From contig JAUSFL010000045.1 in the NCBI GenBank assembly GCA_030649735.1, forward strand, positions 1-17,809: 17,809 nt of DNA, given 5' to 3'. Shown one piece after another: positions 8,045-16,500 of this stretch. The notes beneath the pieces are model-generated. The model saw nothing but the letters and a program-made list of their open reading frames with translations, was not told the origin of the DNA and did not search any database. Position numbers and translations under genes: made by a program. Position 1 is the stretch's first letter; the number at the start of each line of letters is the position of its first letter. This DNA comes from Candidatus Iainarchaeum sp. Lineage in GTDB: Archaea; Iainarchaeota; Iainarchaeia; Iainarchaeales; UBA10191.

Positions 8045-8581
8045 ATGGTTGACAGCTCTGTTGTTTTAGGAACAGTAAAAAACATGATTGAATCAGGCCT
8101 GAATGACGACATCATCAAGGAAACCTTAAAGGACATTGGCTTGAGCGATCCTGAAATCCAGGATGTTTTAAGGCAGGCGCACGGCCCTAATGTTGAACAG
8201 CCCGCCCCAAAAAGGCCTCAAACTCCAAAAAAGCCAATTGAAGAAAATCCAACAGAGCCAAACCCTGTTGAAAGGCCAGGGCCAATTGTTTTTCCAGAGC
8301 ATGATAATGCATTGGACAATGCAAGCGTGCATAACGCAATTTCTGAGCTTGGCTCTAAAGTTGATGACTTGAAGGAACGCGTTGACAGCATCAACACTTC
8401 AGCGCCGTTGGGAAATTCAGGCAATTTTGAAGGAGCCGCGGGCTTGCAGTCAAGGATTGACACAATCTCTACAGACATCAAGGAATTAAAGGCTGGAACC
8501 AACGCTCTAGTGGACTTGATGAAAAAAATCCTTGAAACAGACAGGGATGTTCTGCTCAGGCTTGAAGGGAAGAAGAAATAA
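8045..8581 (+). CDS. Hypothetical protein: small N-terminal helical domain, Pro-rich linker, C-terminal coiled coil
   Basis: ATG 8045 has AGGAG upstream (the track starts at TTG 8018). The N-terminus has a G-x5-I-x3-L-x3-G pattern (SGLNDDIIKETLKDIGLSDPEI), followed by a PAPKRPQTPKKP linker and the heptads LQSRIDTISTDIKELKAGTNALVDLMKKIL. Confidence 0.8.
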   Translation: MVDSSVVLGTVKNMIESGLNDDIIKETLKDIGLSDPEIQDVLRQAHGPNVEQPAPKRPQTPKKPIEENPTEPNPVERPGPIVFPEHDNALDNASVHNAISELGSKVDDLKERVDSINTSAPLGNSGNFEGAAGLQSRIDTISTDIKELKAGTNALVDLMKKILETDRDVLLRLEGKKK

Positions 8582-9061
8582 TTATTTTTTATCATCTTTT
8601 TTGAAAATTTTGTTAAACCCGTCAATGAAATTTTTGATTCCTTTTGCAGTCCGGGAAATCGGGTAAGGATTGGATAGTTTTTCCCCGTCTTTTGCAAGCA
8701 ATGCCTCGGCGCTTTTCTTGCCCGCAACTTTCAGGTTTTCTTCCCAAAACTTTATTCCAATATCGCCTTTCATTTTTGCGGCTTCGACTTTTTTCCATTC
8801 GTTTTCCAATCCTTTGCGTAAGCTGTGCCCGCCTTTTTCAGCATGCTTTTTTGTCCCCTGCCAGAAAAAATGCAAAAAAAGCACTCCGGCAGCGAGAGCG
8901 CAAATTATTCCAGGCAATGCCCAGCCTGAAAGAAGGAAAGCAGCGCCTAATCCTGCAAACAGCACGAAAAGCACGAACTGGAAGCTGTTCATGAAGTATG
9001 CGAGAATTATTATGAGAAAGAATCCAATCAGGAGAAAGTTTTGCAATTCAGAATCAAGCAT
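8582..9061 (-). CDS. Membrane protein: about 3 N-terminal TM helices and a charged amphipathic soluble tail
   Basis: Residues about 9-67 are hydrophobic, followed by a Lys/Glu-rich tail. The ATG directly abuts the upstream TGA (TGAATG). Confidence 0.82.
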   Translation of the reverse strand: MLDSELQNFLLIGFFLIIILAYFMNSFQFVLFVLFAGLGAAFLLSGWALPGIICALAAGVLFLHFFWQGTKKHAEKGGHSLRKGLENEWKKVEAAKMKGDIGIKFWEENLKVAGKKSAEALLAKDGEKLSNPYPISRTAKGIKNFIDGFNKIFKKDDKK

Positions 9062-9412
9062 TCAATAACCGCCCATTCCGCCTTCGCCGCCAAGGCCTTC
9101 CAGGCCTCCGTACATGTCTTGGCCGCCCATTCCAAGGCCGTAAGGGTCTTGGGCCTGCGGCTTTTTTTTCAAGGAAGAAAGCACTGCGACAGCAATTAGT
9201 ATTATGAGGATTGGGAGAAAATACTCTTTTAGGCTTCCGCTAGAGCTCATGAACAAAAAAACAGCGACTGCTATGAGGATTATTGAGCTAACCAGCGACC
9301 TCATGGTGATTAAAAGCACCGCAATTATTACAAAAACAATCCATGTTTGCTGCATTTGGAAAGCCAGGAAAACCAGCAATATTCCAACAAGCAGGTTGAA
9401 AGAGTCCATCAT
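9062..9412 (-). CDS. Small membrane protein (3-4 TM) with Gly/Met-rich C-terminal tail
   Basis: Residues 6-79 are hydrophobic, then KKKP and the tail GLGMGGQDMYGGLEGLGGEGGMGGY. The start is 10 nt after the upstream stop, with GAGG. Confidence 0.85.
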   Translation of the reverse strand: MMDSFNLLVGILLVFLAFQMQQTWIVFVIIAVLLITMRSLVSSIILIAVAVFLFMSSSGSLKEYFLPILIILIAVAVLSSLKKKPQAQDPYGLGMGGQDMYGGLEGLGGEGGMGGY

Positions 9413-9422
9413 TCCAAAAGCC

Positions 9423-9683
9423 TCATTTGTTTATTGTCGGAAGTTTTTCGAAAATTTCCTTCCCAAAAGTCGCGAAAATGAACAATGCCACTCCAATCCA
9501 AATCAAGTCCGGGTTAGTGTAGAATGTAATGTAGGAAATGACTATTGCGAAGACTATCGCGAGCTTTGCGCTGCCAAGATTGTTTTTTGCCCAGGAGAAA
9601 ATCCACACGAAAGTGAAGATTGCCAAGGCAATCCAAATGTTTCCCCAAATGTCCAAAATTGCTCCAAACAAATGCAACACCAT
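9423..9683 (-). CDS. Small membrane protein (about 3 TM), paralog C
   Basis: Hydrophobic 86-aa ORF carrying S-x5-LG-x3-L-x9-Y (IFSWAKNNLGSAKLAIVFAIVISY). Confidence 0.85.
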   Translation of the reverse strand: MVLHLFGAILDIWGNIWIALAIFTFVWIFSWAKNNLGSAKLAIVFAIVISYITFYTNPDLIWIGVALFIFATFGKEIFEKLPTINK

Positions 9684-9704
9684 AATTATGTTTATTCTTT
9701 TGAG

Positions 9705-9720
9705 TGTTTAAACCTTTCCC
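9705..9720 (-). promoter_or_regulatory. Internal BRE-TATA promoter
   Basis: The minus strand reads GGGAAAGG-TTTAAA (TATA at 9712-9707), about 24 nt upstream of ATG 9683. This is typical leaderless spacing. Confidence 0.6.
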
Positions 9721-9736
9721 AATTGCCAGCCCTTGC

Positions 9737-10051
9737 TTAGCGAAACCTGGTTCCAACACCCCACATTATTACGCTTCCAAACCCGACTCCTAAAAGGATT
9801 TGGAAAACAAACAATGAACTAGTGACTGTAAGCCATTTTATCACGAGAAAGTAAATCAAGATTCCAGTGAACAAGTAAGTCAGGATTCCGTCGCCCAAAT
9901 AGCCCCTAACTGTGGACCAGATTATGAAAACCATTATCAACGCGAACAAGTACTTTGCCGCTGGAAACACTGTAATTATCAAAGGCGGCAATAGCAAAAC
10001 TGCCGCAAATGCAATGAGAATGAAAATTATGACATTTCCTTTGGAGTTCAT
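9737..10051 (-). CDS. Small membrane protein (3-4 TM), paralog B
   Basis: Hydrophobic 104-aa ORF with the motif IWSTVRGYLGDGILTYLFTGILIY. The start overlaps the upstream stop (TAATG at 10053-10049). Confidence 0.85.
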   Translation of the reverse strand: MNSKGNVIIFILIAFAAVLLLPPLIITVFPAAKYLFALIMVFIIWSTVRGYLGDGILTYLFTGILIYFLVIKWLTVTSSLFVFQILLGVGFGSVIMWGVGTRFR

Positions 10052-10455
10052 TAACGGCCTCTCTTTAGCAGTCCTTGAAGCATTCCGATTGCCTGATGGC
10101 TTGCGTGGTGGGCGTGCTGCAATTGCTTTTGCCTTTCCTTGACGTCAGTGCCTAAAACATCAGGCCGTTCTTCCCCTTGCTGTTGCTGCTGGCCTGGCTG
10201 GCCCGCGGTTATGAAGAAAAAGTCAACGAATAGTGTTGAGACTCCGGCCATTAACAGCGTGTAAATCATGAAGGCGCCTATTGAGATTGCTGGAATCAGT
10301 ATGAAAACCACGTAAAACATCACTATAATCAGGATTATTGAAAGCAGTCCTTTGCCCAAGTGGTTCAGGATAAAGCTTATTATTGAAATCATTATGAAAA
10401 CTTGGATTACAAAATACATTTCTTCGAAAAAACCCAGGATTATTGGCTCTAGCAT
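10051..10455 (-). CDS. Small membrane protein (about 3 TM) with Gln/His-rich tail, paralog A
   Basis: Residues about 14-82 are hydrophobic, with the motif IISFILNHLGKGLLSIILIIVMFY. The tail contains QQQQQ and HAHHASH. Confidence 0.85.
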   Translation of the reverse strand: MLEPIILGFFEEMYFVIQVFIMISIISFILNHLGKGLLSIILIIVMFYVVFILIPAISIGAFMIYTLLMAGVSTLFVDFFFITAGQPGQQQQQGEERPDVLGTDVKERQKQLQHAHHASHQAIGMLQGLLKRGR

Positions 10456-10489
10456 TTTTGGAAAACCAAAGAAGTAGAAGTGTTTTAGG

Positions 10490-10505
10490 CTTAAAAAGCA
10501 TTACT
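10490..10505 (-). promoter_or_regulatory. Putative BRE-TATA upstream of the membrane-protein cluster
   Basis: The minus strand reads GTAATGC-TTTTTAAG in the 53-nt gap upstream of ATG 10455. Confidence 0.4.
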
Positions 10506-10508
10506 GCC

Positions 10509-13500
10509 TTAGCCAATGCAGTTTTGGCCTGCAACCAGGCTTTTGCTCAGTCCGGAAATGCTTCTCTTGCTTCCTGCCTGTTCAAAAATAGTTTTTGGAT
10601 TCCACCAGAACCTTGTCCGAACTCCAGTGTTTGTCACGCAAACCTTGCCTTGCTTTACAAGCTCGAAAACATCCTCGACTGTAGCAATGCTGTTGTTTAT
10701 GTTGTTTTTTTCCATTGTTGAAATTCCATTCAATGCAACAACGCTTCCGTCAGAATCCGGAGTGTATAATGAAAAGCCGCTTGTTGGCTGCATTGTTCTT
10801 AGCGAATACTGGCTGCTTTTTGGAGTGTAAAAGATTGTCCTCAAGTAATTGTCGCCGCTTAACTCAATTTTTTGCCAATCCACTGTGTAAAGGGTTTCCC
10901 AGTTTGCGACATTGTCAAGCGCGTTTGCTTTCCTGTCTGGCTTTTCGTCAAAAGCCTGTATTAGAGGCAGTCCGCTGAAGTCATAGCAGTTTCCTCCAGC
11001 GCTCCACAGCGCTAAGGAATTGCCTACAACTTGCGGAGTGTTTCCTTGCATTAAAGTGTAGAAAGCCCCGAAAGGCTCTGTGCTTTTTTCTTTTGCCGTA
11101 ATCTTCATCATTGTTGGAGTCGCCAGGTTTGGCGAGAACTCCATGCTTTTTTCAGTGTTTGAGCTTGTTTGAATGCTTAGTAAATTTCCTTTCCTTGTAA
11201 TGTCGTTGTTCAAGTTTTGCAAATTGTCTTCAAACCTTGTGTTGACTGTTCCCAAAGAATTGCTTCCCGCATCTGGCGAGGTTTTTGCGGAAGTTAGGGA
11301 ATTGTCAATCACTATGACTTCATCCTGGTTTACAAACTTCACTCCATACCCTTGCCTGTTGTAAGAACTGCCTTCCAAGCCAATGTTTCCATTCAATGGC
11401 ATGCTGTAGAATGGCGAGTTTGGAGTCGGCTCCTTGATTAAGTAGAATGTTATCGCCATTGCTGCTTTTGGGCTGTTGTTTCCGTCAAACAGCCTCCAGT
11501 CGTCATTGTATACTGCCGCAATGTTCACTTTGTATCTTCCGGCGCTTCCAAGCTTGTCTGAATCAAAATACTTGTTTGTGAATTTCAGCCTGTTTGCGTC
11601 AAGGAAGTATTTCTTGAATCCTTGCGCGTCATCCTTGAAGAATTGCGGCGCATCAGCCAGGCTTTCCCTGACATAATAGTCCACAAAGTCTTTCCTGAAG
11701 TCCATCGTGTAAGCGTCCCTCATGAGCAATGCGTCAAAGCTGAACATTTTTTCCAGCGAAACCTTGTCGGTTATTGCTGTTGTTGGATTGACTCCTGCGT
11801 TAAAGCCGCCGGCAGTGTCAATAAAGCGCATGATAATGCTTTTTCCGCCGGAAAAGTCTGTTGTCCTTAGCATTTCGCAGTCTGTTTGGTTGATGAAGTC
11901 ATTGTATTCTGCGATTCTTTCAAGAATAAACATTGCGAGAAAGACATTGTTGGTGTCAACTTTGACTCCGCTTCCAGCGTCTGTAAGATTGGATACAACT
12001 GCGTAGCCTGCCGGTGAAAGCGATAATGGGCAGTCTAAAGTGATTTCTGAATTTGGCTGCATGGTTGTTGGCAAGTAAGTGCATGTTGCGCTTGTGGCGC
12101 TTCCATTCATGAGGCGCACTTGAGAATTCAACTGCACTGTTGCCGCAGTCAATGTTCCATTCTTGATAGTGGTTTTTACCACAACGTCATTGCTTTGGTT
12201 TGTTGAATTGTATGTCGTCTGCTGTTTTATTATTGACTTGATGTAAACGCTGTTTGCGTCTATTATCCTGCTTGCCATGGAATTCCCGTCATAGCTGGCG
12301 GTTTGCTGTGTTGACTGGTCTATATTGGTTTCAGGGCATATGTTTTCGAAGTAATTGTTTGCCCTGTAAAAGTCATCCAGGAGTTTTATTCTTTTGCTTA
12401 ATGCAATTGACAATTGCGTGGCGTCGCAGTAAACTCCGTTAGGGTTTTCTGCATCGCAGGTGTCATAATTTATTCCAGAACCATCAGTCCAGCTCCAGTC
12501 AAGCTTTACTTTAGGCAGGCTGCCGTCTCCAGTCCTTCCAAGCAGGCTAGTGCTTGAGCAGTCTAAAGTGTCAAACTGTATTTTTGGCAATTGCTGCCTT
12601 GTCTCTTGAGTTTTCACCATGATGTGGAAGCTTTCAGACCTGATGGTTGTGGTTTCTTCGCACTTAATGTAGTAATTTCCAAAATCGCCGTCTGCGCCGC
12701 AGTTTACACTTGCTTTTCCTTTATGCGTGGCATCGCCGTGAATGTGTTCAGTGGCCTTGACTGTCAAAATTTCATAAATTGGGTCTGGCTTCACGATTCC
12801 TTCATTTTCCAGGACAACTCCGACGCTTTGAACTCCGTCAGTTGTATCCCTGATGTCAAAATTCCAGGATGCCTTGATTTTGTCGTTTGTTGTAATTATT
12901 TCTTGGGCGTCTGGCGGCAAATAACGGTCATAAGTCTTGTCCATTGTTCCAGAAAGATTGATGATGTAATCATTCAGGCTGTTTGTTTGGAAAGTGTCTG
13001 CGCAGTCTGTCCCGCCAAACCCAAAAGCCATAAGAATTGCAATTACTATTGCGATAATAACTACGGCTATAATGCAAATCCAGCAGACTGTTACCAGGCC
13101 CACTGCAAATGTTGCCCAGCCTGCTGCCGCCGTTGTAGCGGCAGCCGCGGTTGCTGCTGTTGAAATGAACATCATTGATCCTGCAATAAGCCCCACTCCG
13201 GCGCCAATTGCCCCATACCCTAAATAATTAGGGTCTGTTGAGGCTTCGCCCCAAGCGCACATGTTTGCTTTCACTTTGACTGACTCTTCCAAAAGCCTGT
13301 TGTATAATGTTGTGGAGTCTTTGGCTCCTTGGCCCAGCATTATGAAATTGTACTTGTCCATGTAGAATGCCTTTGTTTCTTTAGGCTCTACAATTACCGG
13401 GAAGTCAATGAGTTTTTGCCAGCTTCTTCCAGGAACTTTGGCTTCAACTGTTATTCCGTAATATCCAGGCATGCTTTGCCTTCTGACAGTGATTTCCTTG

Positions 13501-16500
13501 CTTGTGTTGATTACTGCGGTAGTGCTCCAAGGGCTTACTTCAATGCCGCCTTCTTTTGTTCCGCCGCGGCAATTAACGTTTTTTGCGTCATTTTGGCAGA
13601 ATCTGAACTGCACTTTAGTGCTTTCTCCGCATTTTGAAGTGTCTATCGTGAATGTTTTTTCATCCTCGCCTTTTGCAATCCTTACTCCAGTGTCGCTTCC
13701 TGGCTCGAATTGCACGCATTCAGTTAAAGTGGTCACTAGAATGTTTGCGTTGATTGGATTGCTTGCCCCGACGCTTTTCATTCCTGAAGTTGTGGGAGTT
13801 GAAGCGTCAAATTCCACTTTGAATTTTGCTTCTTCGTTCAAATGGCCTTGGGTTGGGGCAAAGCTGATCATTGAGTAATATTCTGCCTCTTCGCTTGGCC
13901 GTAAAGTGTCAAATAGCGTAATCCACTCGCCATCCCTCAAAATTTCAGAGGCAGAAGCCCCTGTATTTGGGTCTGTTACAGTGACTTGCACGTTTCCAAT
14001 GGGGTTTCCTATCCAAGTAAGCCTTGCTTTCAAGTACTGCACTGGAATATTGCTTCCTTCGACTTGGCAATTGTTCAAAATAGTGAATTCCTTGGTCGTC
14101 AGGTTCTCTTGTGTCATTGACTGCCAGTCTTTCAGGCTGATGTTAATGCAGCCAGTGTCGTCAACGCTTGGCCCGACTGAAATGTTTGCCTTGAATGGAA
14201 GGTTGAAAGCCCAGGTTTTTCCCAAGGAATCATTGGAGAACTCCAAATGCAATTGCCCGTTGACTTCTTTTTCGTCTTCAAGGATCGCGCTTGGAGAAAC
14301 CGCGGCCTTCATTGTGAGGCTTTTGGTTGAGTTAGGGTCTATGTAATAATTTCCAATCAATTGGGCAAGGTAATTGTTCATCAAGTCTTCATCCAGGAAT
14401 CCGCCAAAGCGGCCGGTAATGCGCGCGTTCGAAAGGTATAATTCAATTGGCACTTTGTTGTTTGCTATTGTTGTAACTTCCTTGCTTGTGCGGTTTTTCA
14501 AATTCAAGCTTGCCAATAGCGAGTCCGGGTCAAACTCTAAAATGTTCTCGTCGATTTTTATTTCTTCAACAGCGCCTGCAAAGTCTTCCTTTTCTGCCTC
14601 AATCCTGATTATTGTTCCAGGGCTGCTTGATGGAATAGTGAATGACGCAATTCCAAGCCTGCTGGTTTTTTTGCTTCCTATGAGGGTTTCAGTCCTGTCA
14701 GGCGCTATTTTGGTTGCCTTGACTGTCGCGTTTTCCAGCACGAAGCCCTTGTTGTCTTTAACTATTGCGTTAAAGTCATTGGTTGTGAAAGCCCCGAAAA
14801 AGTCAGGAATTATTTCCAGGGAAAGCTGGTTCTCTGATTTGACGCTGAATGAAATTTCCTTAGTAAATACCACTGCATCTCTCGCAATCAATTTTACAAC
14901 AAAGCTTGAACTGCCTGTTTTTTTAGGCTGGAAGCGCAAGAGCATTTTCACGCTTTTGTTTTCACGCATGTCCTGGATTTGAATTTCCGGAATCTTGAAT
15001 GCGTTAAAGCCGGAGTTTGAGACTGGAATCCCGTTCGCGTTAGTGAAAGTGTATTCCAAAATTTGCAAGACATCGCTTGTAGTGCTTCCTTCATCTTCAG
15101 AATTCACGAACTGGAAGCGCGCGTTGTTTTCTGTCCCGTAAACTGTCTGGGAAATGTTTGATATTTCAAAGCTCATTGTGTAAGCCTGGAAAACCTTCAA
15201 ATTGTAAGGCCCTGTAATGTTGAGTCTTTCTGACTCGTCATAAACCCTGTCGTTGTAAAAGCAGAACCCGCTTTCATCATCGCATAATGCCGGCTTTCCC
15301 TCATAGAACGGCTGTTCTTTGGTCAATGCATAAAGAGATTGCACGCTGCCTGACTCCAGCGCAGTCCCAAGCCTTTGGTCTTCCGGAGTCCTGATGATTT
15401 CTCCATTGTCTTTTCCAACCCACGCGCGGTAATTGAAAAGCAATGCAGTGCCTGGAGTAATGTCATTGCGCACTTTGATTTCAGCGTCAATTAAGTAAGT
15501 GGTGTTTGATTTAGGGCTTGTAAATGTCGCGTTAACCCATTTGAAGTCTGAATTTGTCAAAGAGTCAGGGCTTGAGTCAATGTCAGAGCCATTGTCCGGA
15601 TTCCATGTAGTGCCCTTGAGTGCAGTGATTTCCGGAGAGAAAATATTCCTTTGATAGACCGGGTCGTTTTCCAGAATGCTTCCCTTTTCCTTTCCGCCGG
15701 TCATTATGAAAAAGCCCGCTGTTTGGGGATTCAGGCTTGCTGGAATGTCAAGCTTTAATCTGACAACATACCTTTCCCCGGCCTTTAATTCGTTCTTTCT
15801 TGTCGCTCCATCAAGCCCGTAAATTCCTACAATGTCAAACTGGGGATTGCCGCCTGGAATTGTCTTCTTCAAGACTGCGTTGATTGTTATTGTCTGGCTT
15901 TTCAGAATCTGGTAATAGCTTGAAACAAGGCTTGAATATCCTTCAGCGCTAACTGTGGCGTAGACTTTCTTGTCTGCCTTGAAAGCAAAGTCAGCGCTTC
16001 CAGTTTCAGGGCTTGTTTCCAAAGCGCAGGCAGTTCCATCAGGCTTTGGGCATTCCTTTCCTGACTCTGTCTTGAATTCAACGCGCGCGTTCGCGATTGG
16101 CAATCCTTCCTCGTCTTTTACAATTACTTTCAGTATTCCTTCCCCGATTTCCATCCGGACTGTTTGCTTTGCGGGAATTTTTGGCTCAATGCTGAATGGG
16201 TTTGAAGAATCCTTTTTTTCAGCAGGGTATTTGAAAGCGCGCAAAAAATACTTTCCCCGCTTTAAGTTCGAGAATTTTGCAACTCCATTAACGTCAGTGA
16301 CTGCAGGGTTTTGCGGCGCCAAAAGCTGCGTGTCTGCATTATAGATTGAAACTTCAGCATTTTCGACCGGAAGAGAGTCTTCATCAAGCACTGTTGCCTC
16401 TAGCTTTCCGCAATTGCTTGCCGAATCAAGGCATTTTTCCAGTCGCGCAGTGAAAGCATTGGTTTGCTGGCTTGAAAAATTAAAGTCTTGCTCGAAGGCA

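Noticed and set aside
8190-9759. Alternative ORFs (8218-8727, 8644-8994, 8670-9068, 9204-9740, 9514-9759)
   Set aside because: They overlap better-supported genes that tile the region with coupled stops and starts.
6404-10455. Direct call as Ced or T4SS genes
   Set aside because: Only an architectural analogy. I recognise no sequence similarity to CedA or VirB proteins, and the ATPase is degenerate.
9423-10455. Small membrane proteins as ATP synthase c/K subunits
   Set aside because: They lack the GxGxG motif and the conserved intramembrane Glu/Asp, and no other ATP synthase genes are nearby.
13110-13165. GC-rich GCN-type repeats
   Set aside because: These are Ala/Thr codons of the hydrophobic segment, not a DNA repeat element.
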